Source: Octopus bimaculoides (lineage: Eukaryota). From it: DNA of 40,148 nt. A program made the translations under genes and the position numbers. Each line of letters begins with the position of its first letter. Position 1 is the first letter of the stretch. Of the stretch, positions 20,861 to 32,339 are shown in pieces. Under the pieces are notes generated by a model. It saw nothing but the letters and a program-made list of their open reading frames with translations. It ran no database searches and had not been told where the DNA came from. Location of the stretch: positions 22,099,059 to 22,139,206 of the forward strand of contig NC_069001.1 in assembly GCF_001194135.2 (NCBI RefSeq). The letters run 5' to 3'.

Positions 20861-23800
20861 TTCAAGCTTTCTCTCTCTTTTGTTCTTTCGTTTTATCAGT
20901 TCTTTCGTTCTTTCTTTCTTTCCACCAAAACACAATAAAATTACAATGACCATAAAATTATTTCAGCGAGTGACTGTAATTACGAAGATATTTTAAATGA
21001 ATTAATTTACAGTCTCTAGAGGACGTTACAAAATTTTCCTCGAAGACTTCAGACAACGGTAAGTAAATTGTTTCACAGAAACAGAATGTGCGACAACAAC
21101 TTCTCCAAAGACGGTGAGAAAGACCTTGGACACCTTGATCGGCTGATCTTTTACTTGAATATTATGATTGATCCCTCTATGGCTTATTAACAACGAATAA
21201 TATTTACGCCGATGTAATTAATGTCTTTCTATAACCGATGTATCAATTTACAGTTTGTCGAATTTGGAATACATTTTTCTGTAACTTTAATAGAGGATAT
21301 GTTATATCAATCATTTTCTTAATATTATTCTCTAAGTATTTTTACAGCAGCGCGTACGTGTATAAAATAATGATAGCCAGCTCTATACATCCCTGTGCCT
21401 GAGCGTATCTACACACCAGTACCCCCCTATATATATATAAATGTGAAGCCGACTTTCTGAGGTTGTGTATATCATTATGGCGGGGAATTAAATGATTGTT
21501 AAAAATTAGAAAGAGTTAAAGATCTACTTCAAAAATATTTAGAAAAGAAATGACCTATAGAAGAAAGGTTTCATATAAAGATTTTGCGATGTGTTGCTAA
21601 TTATATCGCAAGAAGTTCTATTTTGTTATTACCAATTAAAGCAAGCACTTGTCTTTTAAAAGCCACTTGTTAGCTTTTAAATCATTCGAAATATAGTCGC
21701 CCTTTAATATACTTTCTTAACAAATTTTAGTTGTTTTGTTTAAGATAAATTTATTTTACAGAAATGTCTGTGTGTGATGTCTGAATTTATATTTCACTGA
21801 AGTAGAAATGCTGATAACATTGGTTCATAAAGTAATCATAGTCATATGATATACAACAATAAAGCTTCAGATTTTTCCATCTCAGAACCAAACGTCATTG
21901 AAATTTTCTGTCTTGCATCTTATTTGTTGACAGTTTTCTAACACTGGGAAAGGTGCTTGGAAATCTCTTTCGCAATGGAAAATATATCCTTACTTAATAA
22001 TCACTTTACCCAAGATACACTCAGTAACACTCCGATGGGTTTGTTTATTTTCACTGAAATTCTGGCTATTCTTGCTATAATCGATAATATATGAAATAAC
22101 TAATTACTCGGTCATTTGTTGTCTACTTTCACTTGAGTCGCAAACCAGTTAGGCACGACGAAGTCTATATATCCCAATGTATATTGTGTAATGTGTTATA
22201 AACCCAGTGATATCACCAGTGACAGCACACAGGATAAAAGTAACGAGTGATTCATAAAACTTTTGTACTTAATTTGATTTTATGAGCAATAAGAAGATTG
22301 ATCTGTTGTAGACTAAATCTTATGCAAGTGTAGATCTGTTTCGACTACTCAACGCCATAGAAAGACTTGATGAACTGTTATAATATCTTATGACAGTTTG
22401 ATCAGACAGTCCATCCATTGAACCCATTAAAGTAAAGCACATTGTAATGACAAGATAAAACTATACACGAAGTCAGTAATTTCTAAAATTAAAGATTCAA
22501 AATTATTCTCTGTCACGATGTAAACATATTGCTTCTTATACAACTGCAGCTAGCTTTTGATGCAAAATTTTCCTTCTGAGGATAAATTGATAATTTTTTG
22601 AATTGGAGAATCGTCATTTCTGAAGCTAATACATTTATCTCTCCGTGGTGGGTATATGTAAGTAAAAATATGTATCACGAGGAGATGCAGTTCACAGATG
22701 TAACCATCTAAGACATTGTGGAATTAATATTTTACATCACTCCTATATTTTAGATATATGACTGGTATTCATTGAACATAATCAATAGGAAGGATCATTA
22801 TGGAAATATAAAGAAAATGTAGTTTATTTGGTGAGCTTCGGAACAAACCAATCGTTTGATTCGCATCGATTTCATTTTTTAAATAAACTACACTGATCCA
22901 TATATTTTTTCCTATAGAATACGAACGTGCAAGTTCGATCAAACGAATTGACCAATTTGTTTATAACTGCGAATACATGTGAACATTCCATTTAATAGTT
23001 GTTCAGTCTTTGGTGGTCACTCGACCCAGATTAATTACTACATCTAAGAGATGAGCAATGGGAAAATATTGATCACCGTAAGCGAATCACTGTAAATGCC
23101 ACAACAACTAGAAGTTTTTAGTATAATTCTTATTTAATCTCAATCTTCAAGTCACGAAGGACATAGATATTCAAGGACATAGAATTTCAGTGGGTACGCT
23201 GTATTTGCTCTTCTATTTCGTGTTTCGAATATATCTTCTCTGGGGATGAAGCAACTTCAAGTTCATAATTTCTTCATTCTGCATTCCGGTCAAATGCCAA
23301 TTTGGAAGAATTAATATTTCGCATTCCTCGGGGCTAAATTTCAGCTTGTTTATTCACCTTAATTATCCAACACCCTGTCTAGAACGGAAGCAATAAATGT
23401 GTGGCGAAAGAAAAATATATATCCCTACTTTGTACTCTCATCATCCCTAAGTCATAGGGCCACGACTGTAGCAAACTGTCTTCCCTACTTCTCAAACTAC
23501 AATGAACACATTCCTCGTACAATTCTCAGTGTGCATCTCGGGGGATGTTTAACAACCATTTAAATTTTCGTTGTTGCAGCAACCGTAACACTGTGTCATT
23601 CATGTGCGTTCTATTTCTACTGGAAGCACAAGTAGGTCACATCTTACTTAGGCACTGCTTATATTTTTAGTTAAACTCCGTATTTTCTGTAGGCTAATGC
23701 TCAACACACGTTTATGTAGCGCATGCAGGAGTATCTACCATGGATTTGTTGACACCGGTGTTTATGATTGTATAAAAGAATACCAGTAGTTGGTGGAGAG

Positions 23801-23901
23801 GATATTTATGAAGTCAGTGATGTTATTAGCTCTTGTAAAATTTCTCTCTATTTTGATTATGTGACTGTTTAGATTTGTTGTAAGTCGTATTAGACTTGCC
23901 T

Positions 23902-24110
23902 AAGGCGGTGGGAATCGTTAGCACGCCGGGAAAAATGCTTTGAAGCATTTCCTCCGTCTTTCCTTTCTGTGTTCAAAATTCTGCTGAGGTCAGCTTTGCT
24001 TTTCATCCCTTTTTGGAGATGATAAAATAAGTATCAATTGAAAACGGGTCGATGTAATCTACTTATCACCTCCCCTGAAATTGCTGGCCTTGTACCAACA
24101 TTTGAAACCC
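23902..24110 (+). mobile_element. OR1-like/Meta SINE
   Basis: GGCGGTGGGAATCGTTAGCACGCCGGG...GAGGTCAGCTTTGCTTTTCATCC...GGCCTTGTACCAACATTTGAAACC. Confidence 0.85.
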
Positions 24111-24580
24111 TTTTAGATTTGCATTTTCGCTATTGCTGCTTTTCTTAGTGATGCCACTGATTTCCCCAGTGCGATCGGTGATGGCGGTGGTGTTGATTTA
24201 TAATTTGGTGGTATTCTGCACTATAAAACTGATTTGAATTACTGATAGAAGTCTTGGTCTTCTTCATATCTTTATCGTTGATGAAGATAGTGATGCGGCT
24301 GAAAAATGTCTCACATATGTATTTGGACGAGGTCACATTTTATCCTGAGCAAGAGACAGCCTCTGAAGGACTGATTCCATGTTTCATAGGTTGTCTACCT
24401 ACGCTCTTTTTCTATTTTAACATCGATAAATTTGACTTTTCACCAGAAAAATGAATGTTTGCTGATTAGAGACGACCATGACAAATGAAGTTATCAGCTT
24501 TCATCGACGTAGACTCTGGGAGGTTTTAAAATCTCTTTCTATTGAGTGTTTTGAAAAGAAGAACCGAGTATGATACTGAT

Positions 24581-24745
24581 TTCAAGTTTTGGCACAAGGT
24601 CAGTAATTTCGGGCTAGGAGATAAGTCGATTACTGGTGCGTTTTTTATATAGATCCCGAAAGATAACAAGCAAAATCGACCTCAGCAGAATTTGAACTCA
24701 GAAAGTGAAGCCAAAAAAAAATGCCGCTAATCATTTTGTCCGGCT
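24581..24745 (-). mobile_element. OR1-like/Meta SINE, reverse orientation
   Basis: Reverse complement of the family body and tail (TTTTGGCACAAGG...AATCGACCTCAGCAGAATTTGAACTC). Confidence 0.8.
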
Positions 24746-24942
24746 TCACTTCCTCATTTGCAGGGGCGAAACTTCTACTTTGAAGGGTTGGGATTCAAAA
24801 TGGTAGTTTCTTTGATTGGTATCACATCTACCGCAGTCACGAAAGAAGCGGTGTTCAAGCCCCGCTTGAAGCTATCCGTTTAAGTAGTTTCGTATTTTTT
24901 TTGTAGCACAATGTATTATAACTTATTATTAATAGCTGAATT

Positions 24943-25158
24943 AATTCGGCGAGCTGGTAGAATCGTTAGCACGCCCGGAAAAATGCTAGGCGGTATTTCA
25001 TTCTCTTTGACGTTCTGAGTTCAAATTCCACCCAGGTCTACTCTTCCTTTCATTTTTTTCGACGTCGATAAAGTAAGTACCAGTGAAACACTGGGTCAAT
25101 GTAATCGACTAGTCCCCGCCCCACAAAGTCCAGGCCTTGTGCCTTCAGTAGAAAAAAA
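24943..25158 (+). mobile_element. OR1-like/Meta SINE with an 18-bp target-site duplication
   Basis: Flanking ATTATTAATAGCTGAATT at 24925-24942 and 25159-25176; B box GAGTTCAAATTC; tail CCTTGTGCCTTCAGTAGAAAA. Confidence 0.9.
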
Positions 25159-26287
25159 ATTATTAATAGCTGAATTCACTCGGAGATACATCGTTAATAA
25201 AGACTTATAGAAGAATTCATTCCATACAAATGTGAAAGAGATTGGAAAAAAACTACATCTTCATTTTCCTTCGAATAACTGGGTACCATAATTTTGTGAG
25301 TTCAAATCCCAAGTGAATTCTTATTGCATTTTTGAATCACGCCTTGCTAGTATGCATACACACACACATACGCACACACATACGCACACACATACGCGTG
25401 CACTCACTGATACAGAGACTCACATACGCGTACGTGTGTACGTGTTGTGTGTATCGGTGTATTACTTCAATCAACTTCAGCTGTTTACCATGAAAAATTA
25501 GATTGTTTCAAGTCAAAAGAAGGTGCTATTTCTATTAAATGAAATACAAGAAAGGTGTGGTGTTCAAAAGTAATTTTTGCGTGAAAGACGGCTAATGTTG
25601 CAATCGTTTTGTGCTTTGTTTTAATCAGATTTACAGAATTGTATCTGGCCAAACAATCGAGACATCAGCCAACAAATAGAAAGTCTGGTAATTTATATTT
25701 TGTTAATGGGTTTGCCTTTTTCATACGTTTCGATTTTGACAAAAATAAATCACATATATCAGCCTATAGGCGATACGGAATCTCATAATCTATTGGTCTA
25801 TAGTGGCACACGTAAAGACCTCAATTTCCTTGTCTTCATGTTGTTGTTGTTGTTGTTTAGCTTCAAGAAAGTAATGAATATATCTTTGATCAACGGTGTT
25901 TTACACTGACTATATCGTCACTTTTTACACTGCGAGTGCATTTTCCAGTGTATCATTTTTTAATAAAAGTAAAAGAAATATATGATGTGATTTCAAAGAA
26001 CACTGTCCCAATTTCAAGCATGTCAGTCGGTCGTTGGATTATTCTGTTTCTATATAGAATCTTATGAAGATAATTTCAGGTATGTATAGATCTAAGTTAA
26101 ATGTATGTCTGCATTTAAACCCGGGAGTCTGTGCAAACGAAACCTCGCCAAATATACAGAACTTGTGTTGTTTGGGGTAGGGAATTCTCTTTACATTACA
26201 TTGTTAATTACAATATCCATTTACGAAAAGGGAGATTAGGTTTCCTGAAAGTTAGCTCACATTGTTCGCTCAATATGAGGAGCTACA

Positions 26288-26564
26288 AAGGCGGTGAGCG
26301 GGCAGAAACGTTAGCACGCCGGGGAAATGCTTAGCGGTATTTCGTCTGCCGTTACGTTCTGAGTTCAAATTCTGCCGAGGTCGACTTTGCCTTTCATCCT
26401 TTCGGGGTCGATAAATTAAGTACCAGTTACGCACTGGATTCGTTCTAATCGACTTAATCCCTTTCTCTGTCCTTGTTTGTCCCCTCTGTGTTTAACCCCT
26501 TGTGGGCAATAAAGAAATAAGAAACGTTAGCACGCCGGGCGAAATGCTTAGCGATATTTCGTCT
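26288..26564 (+). mobile_element. Young OR1-like/Meta SINE with TTGTGGGCAATAAAGAAAT tail, followed by a restarted partial head
   Basis: Near-consensus body with GTCGACTTTGCCTTTCATCCTTTCGGGGTCGATAAATTAAGTACCAG (Meta-like domain). GAAACGTTAGCACGCCGGGCGAAATGCTTAGCG is repeated at 26521-26553. Confidence 0.9.
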
Positions 26565-27289
26565 ATGTGAGTTTTGTTTATCACGCGTCGCACATGTGTT
26601 CGTGGTGAAAATTGCTGTTTCTTAGTGTTATTATTGATAATAACTGCTGTTTCTAATAACTGCTCTTTCTTGTTAAATTGTTGAATTTCGTAACTGTTGA
26701 AGTTTTCATTTGAAAACACTAAGTGCTTGTAGAAAGCACGCGTTGTTCATTCCCCCGTTGGGGGGAAGAATGTCGTCTAGCGAGAGGTCTACCGTTGGAA
26801 CAGAAATGTCTGTTTTTCCTGTTGAAGCGAAGAATTTGCATGATATCTGGCGAGTAGCCAACTACGAGCAAAGAAATAATGTATTCCCCCATTGCAAAAA
26901 AGAATAACAAAATGTATTGGCTATTTCGAGATGTGTCTGAAAGCTCGTCAGAACTTTCACTAGAAGAATACTTGAGTTTGCCAAAAAACAAAAGTATTGT
27001 GTCCAAAAGAATAATTGATGCACCTCGCATCCAAACTGAACAACCAAAAAAAAAAAAAAAGTTTTCCGTTGGCAGCTGGGGGCGGAACCCGGCTGCTTTC
27101 GACTAATAAGTGTGATTTTATGAAATATAGTGAAATGATGCAAATAAATGATAACGTGGTTAAGATACAACCACCGGAGCAATTACTACTAGAAGAAAAA
27201 CAGAAAACAATAATATTTAAAACTTACTGTTTGCAAAAAAGAAAAATTGAGAGAATTACAGAAGAGAAGATAGAGATGTGCCTGAAGCC

Positions 27290-27417
27290 AATCTGGAGTG
27301 ACGTAGTTTATCTGACAAGAGGCAAGAAAAGTCGACCTCCGCGGAAATTGAAGACGGACGAAATGCCACTAAGCATTTTGCCCGGCGTGCTAGCAATTCT
27401 GCTAGCTCGCTGCCGCC
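27290..27417 (-). mobile_element. OR1-like/Meta SINE head, reverse
   Basis: The reverse complement reads GGCGGCAGCGAGCTAGCAGAATTGCTAGCACGCCGGGCAAAATGCTTAG...GGTCGACT. Confidence 0.8.
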
Positions 27418-27423
27418 ACACAT

Positions 27424-27483
<60 letters not shown>

Positions 27484-27715
27484 TCTTAATCAATTATATC
27501 GCTCCAAATATTTAATGCTGATGTGAGAGATTATTAAACGTTAAGTGGGTGAGTTTATTTCCACTTATTTTGGAGAGTAAATACAACAAAGAATTTACAC
27601 GGATACACACACACGTACATGATGCTTTCATTTCGATTGAAACACAACTTTCTCATTTGAAACATGTATATAACTGGCTTTATGACCTTTCTATGATAGG
27701 TTATGAAATGCTCAG

Positions 27716-27757
<42 letters not shown>

Positions 27758-27894
27758 GGTTTCTGTACAATTGTCCTTCAACAAATTTCACGCAAACTGT
27801 GGGTAATGTAGGTTTTGAATGCGACTCATTGTAGCTGATCGAACGTCCTAATCTGATAGCCACGCTTAGTAATTATGGTAATAGTTATATAATA

Positions 27895-28078
27895 TTGGTT
27901 TCAAATTTTGGCACAAGGCCAGAAATTTCTAGGGATGAGCTAAGTTGATTACATCGACCCCCAGTGCTAAAAAATGAAGAATCGACCTCGGTGGAATTTG
28001 AACTCAGAACGTAAAGACAGACGAAATACCACTAAATATTTTGCCGGGTGTGCTGACGATTCAGCGAGCTCGTCGCAC
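27895..28078 (-). mobile_element. OR1-like/Meta SINE, reverse
   Basis: GGTTTCAAATTTTGGCACAAGGCC...CGACCTCGGTGGAATTTGAACTCAGAACG...GAGCTCGTCGC. Confidence 0.85.
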
Positions 28079-29204
28079 AATATTTTTGCGCTACAATGTT
28101 TTGATGAAGGCTAATTCTGAGCGAAATGTAAATGTATGTCTTTGTAAGTGTATGTCTTTGAGTAACAAATTATACATTCAAAAGTCTCAGTTCAAATCTT
28201 GTTGTGGCCTACATCTACAATTACTTCAGTCACATCTATAAAATTGTTTGCCCAGTATACCTTTCTCTTTCAACATTTTAACCTTGAATCAATCGAAGAA
28301 ATCATTAGATTATTGGCTAACAACAGTATTTACTATCATTTATTTAAGTAAACCAGGAGAACTAACGATTGCTTGATACTTAAATAATAACAGACATTCA
28401 AGTGAAAATTTAATTACGTCCACTAATTGCTAGTAATAACCACAGTCAGTGTTATGACAACTTTATTGGTAAAAACGTATCTGTTAATAACATTATCTTT
28501 AAAAACATATATCTCATCATTATATCTAAGCAGAATTGTTCGATAAAATGAAAACTAAGAAAAAAGAGATGTAAAGAAACTCTTTAGATAGAAGTCCCAA
28601 TAGCATTAGTATATTTTAGGACATATAGAAGATATTGAATAAAAGGTTTGGAATGAAACCGCGTTGAAAAATAATAGGAATATTTCTAAAAATAGGAAAA
28701 ACATAACAGAACGAAAGAATTGAATGCAGAAAAGGTTTGATGTCCAGAAAAGTATTTCATTAAATATTGGCCAATAAGGCCTTACAAAGAGGGGACAAAC
28801 AAGGACAGACAAATGTAAAGTAGCTGCGGGCTGGACACGGACATTAATGAGATGAGTGTGATAACAAAAAAGGATGAAATAAAAAATGGGAGGGGCACCG
28901 GCGCCCACCGACCGATAACCCCTCGAAAACATTGTTCACTTTATTTATTCATGAAAAAAGGACCCCAATCATTTGGGTCCCCATGCAATTTGACTCGCCG
29001 CCCGCAGACAATTCTGCAGCGACAAGTCAGGACCCGCAAAAAGGATTGATTTGCTAAATGTTCCTCCTTGAGATATGTAGTAATTTCCACAAGATATGTC
29101 ATGTATTCCCATTATAAGGAAAGGGGTATAGAATAACGTGGTCGTCGTCATCACCATCCCCACCATCTTTATCATAATTATGATTGTCACCACTACGATC
29201 ATCG

Positions 29205-29372
29205 GCATTTCTCCGTCATGTCGTTCTGAGTTCAAATTCCGCTGAGGTCGACTTTGCCTTTCATCCTTTCAGGGTTGATACAATAAGTACCAATACTCAC
29301 TGGTGTCGATGTAATTGACTAGTCCCCTCCCACCAAATTATGAGGCCGTGTACCTATAGTAGAGAGGTTATT
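29205..29372 (+). mobile_element. OR1-like/Meta SINE, 5'-truncated, GTGTACCTATAGTAGAGAGG tail
   Basis: GTTCTGAGTTCAAATTCCGCTGAGGTCGACTTTGCCTTTCATCC. Confidence 0.85.
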
Positions 29373-30097
29373 TGAGGGATATTTGACTTCCAGAAGATTG
29401 TGCAACAAAATAAAGACGCCCTCATTAGTTGAAAGAAAAAAGATGGCAGATGTAATTCAAGGTAATAAGCTGCAGATGAGAGAGGCAATTAGCTACTAAA
29501 CATATTTCGATACGAAAAGCTTCTAATTGATTTAATCGATCATAGCAGTTTATTGGTATTTGCTTAATCGAATTCTGACAAGCAAAATATGTTATTATAT
29601 GACGTTAAATATTAAATTACTGTAGAATAAGAGCTATATAATTTTCACCTTACTTCGCTTTCGAGATAGAAAAACCATCTAATTATTGTTATGTTGTTTT
29701 AGTGTTAACAGCTTTTGTTGATAAACTTTAGGTTAACATTAAGCAAGCGAACTTTAAATCATTATCTTCGTTTTCATTGTTTGTAGCGATAGGTTTCTAG
29801 TACAAAAGTATCTTAATATGTTCTTCATATTTTAAAGAGACAAGTGTGAAATTTTAAGGAAATGTGACTGGCGATTCTAGCTGTTAACGTTTGGACGTGT
29901 TATTGTCACGTGTCATGGATGTTGCTGCCGGATGTGGTGGTTGTGATTGTACCAGTCTTGTTATTGGTGATGATGGTAATGGTGGCGGTGGTCGCCGTGT
30001 TTCTGTTATGATGTCGATAGTTTCAAATCTTCACACAAGCCCAGGACGTTCGGGGGAGGGAGTAAGCTGATTATATCGAACCCTGGAATTACTCATT

Positions 30098-31093
30098 CGG
30101 ATCTTTTCGTCTTCATGGGCAGCTCGATTAATTAATTTTCTTTAATTATAGACTTTGGAACTTCGTATACTTGTAGAATGTGTCATTTTGAACATCTTTT
30201 ACTCTTAGCGTTCTTGAGAAAAGTTTCTTTTTTGGAAGTTATTTCGTGTTAAAGTTGTCGTAATTCGCTAATTTCAACCAATCAGTGACGTGTATTCAGC
30301 TGAATATAATTACTGCTGCTGTTTGTCAACAACAACTACCGGTGGGGTATATTTCGTGTGTCACTGTTATTTATGACATCGTTCATGCGTTTGTATTGGT
30401 GTTAGTTTGAAAAAAATTTGCAACAATTTTTCTACTTATGGTTAGGGTTAAGGTTAGTATTTTAGGGTTAGGGTTGGGGTTTTACGGTTAGGGTTACAGA
30501 AAAAAGTAAAAAATGAAGAAATTGGAGGGGGGGGGTGCAAAAATCTCAAAATTCCGATTTTTGACAATTTTCCGGTATCTCCTTATCCGAAAAGTTGGGT
30601 TTTTGACCAAAAAAAAAAATTTTGAAAATCAATAATTTGCGAAAAAATGGCGGAGGGGGGGGTGAACGGAAGGAAGTCTTTCCGAAAATAGTAGCTGAAA
30701 AACAGGAAACAAAATCTAAAATCAGTAGAAATTCACGAAGGATTATGGTGGTGTTATGAAGTAAACATCTTCAGATGCAATCGTTTATTCAAACGAACGT
30801 AACTGAGAATAAATATGTCATAAATAACAGTGACAAGCGAAATATACACTGCCGGGAGTTGTTGTTGACAAACAACAGCAGTAATTCTATTTAGCTGAAT
30901 ACACATCATAGATTGGTTGAAATTACCGAAATACAACTTTAACACAAAATAACCTCGAAAATAGAAACTTTTCTTAACAACGTTAAGAGTGAATGATGTT
31001 CTATATGACACATTCTACCAGTATAAAAAGTTTCAAAGTTTTTAGTTTAAAAAAATTAATTAATCGAGTTATCCATCAAAAGGAAAAGATTCC
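30098..31093. mobile_element. ~1-kb foldback element/MITE with ~280-bp inverted arms and a TTAGGG-containing core
   Basis: The left arm 30098-30379 is the diverged reverse complement of the right arm 30815-31093 (CTCGATTAATTAATT / AATTAATTAATCGAG; TAGAATGTGTCAT / ATGACACATTCTA; TTTCAACCAATC / GATTGGTTGAAA). The core has TTAGGG repeats at 30442-30495 and G-runs. Confidence 0.88.
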
Positions 31094-31404
31094 TTACCCC
31101 TCCTCGAAATTGTTAGCCTTGAGCCAAAATTTGGCCAAAATATTTCTTAGATGGTCTCTCATATATTGACACCTATCTGGTTTAAGCTCGAAAATAATGT
31201 TGTCATTAATATACAGCTGCTGTCAAAATTAATAGTTATATCACTTTTGTTCCTTTCAATTTCAGTTGCCAATATCTTAAACCAGTTTTCTTTGTTGATT
31301 TTCAGATTTTCTCTATTTACATCTATGTTTAACAAATTTAATTGACGGCTGGAAAATGTCCAGTTAATGGAGAAACTTCAAGTGCTACTTTATTAATATT
31401 TTGT

Positions 31405-32100
31405 TCTGCGAGCTGGCAAAATTGTCAGCACATCTGACAAATTGCTTAGCCGCATTTCTGATATCCTATTCCGCAGAGGTTGACTTTCTCTTTCATCCTC
31501 CCCTGGATATATATATAAAATAAAATTCCTGTCAAGTAATGGGGTTGATGTTATCAGCTAACATCCCTCCTAAAATTGCTGGTTTTGTGTCAGAAAAGTT
31601 TAAGCAGAGATTTGTGTTCAGTTGAATACTATTATGAAAAGGCGGTACTCTGGCAGAGCAGTTAACATATCGGACAAAACATTTAACGGCATCTGTTACG
31701 TTCAGGGTCTCAACTTCCGACGAGATAAACTTTAAATTTTATCCTTTCAGGAGTCGATGAAATAAGTATCAGTTGAGCACTGGGGTCGTTGTAATCGACT
31801 TACCTCTTCCAGGGACTGGGCTTGAGCCAAAATTTGAAACCGTTTTCAGAAACTCTGTTTTGAAAAAAATATCTACCTTTTTACATAATACAGCGGCTAC
31901 TTTCTTCTTGAAATTTTTGTTCAGACAGTTAACGATGAATAATTTGTTACTAGAGTTATTGTCTCAACTTTAACTGTAAGCGGCGAGATGGCCAGTTCCA
32001 CACAGGTCAGCTTTACTTTTCATCCCTTTCGGGTTTGATAAAATAGATATCAGTTGAACATTGAGATCGACGTAATCGATTATCCCCTTTCCTCTCAGAA
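31405..32100 (+). mobile_element. Cluster of three head-to-tail decayed OR1-like/Meta SINEs
   Basis: Heads at ~31408 (GCGAGCTGGC), ~31640 (GGCGGTACTCTGGCAG) and ~31979 (GGCGGCGAGATGGCC), each followed by TTTCATCC...GAT...TCGA motifs. Confidence 0.75.
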
Positions 32101-32339
32101 GAAAAAGGGTTATTACAGTTTTAAGTATGTGTATGTTCTCTTGAAATCTGTTCTTTTCTAAGCTGGAAATAATTCTTATGAGTACTGCAGACTCCTTGAC
32201 AATGGCATCAACAATAAAAAGAATGAGAATATTAGTAATAATAAGATAAGAATAAAGTATTGGTAAGAAGGAAAGTAGAGTCTGCATGTCACCTGAAAAC
32301 GTTTTAAAAAGAACAATTGTAAGACTATAAAATTCTAGT

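Noticed and set aside
21870-22050. Minus-strand peptide GKVIIK*GYIFHCERDFQAPFPVLENC…VWF*DGKI with C-x13-C spacing, reminiscent of a Cys-loop (nAChR/chemotactile receptor)
   Set aside because: The FP is shifted by one, the conserved Asp is missing, spacing to flanking motifs is wrong, in-frame stops are present and there are no splice boundaries; most likely chance. A tBLASTn with octopus chemotactile receptors would settle it.
26925-26955. Minus-strand CTGACGA G…C GAAA hammerhead-like core
   Set aside because: Stem II has only one base pair and stem I does not pair.
26710-27515. Three overlapping ORFs (26710-26907, 26879-27106, 27015-27515) joinable by single indels at C5 and A15 homopolymers
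   Set aside because: No recognisable domain. The last ORF is a purine-rich tract running into a reversed SINE and a (CA)/(TA) repeat, and homopolymers make such joins easy.
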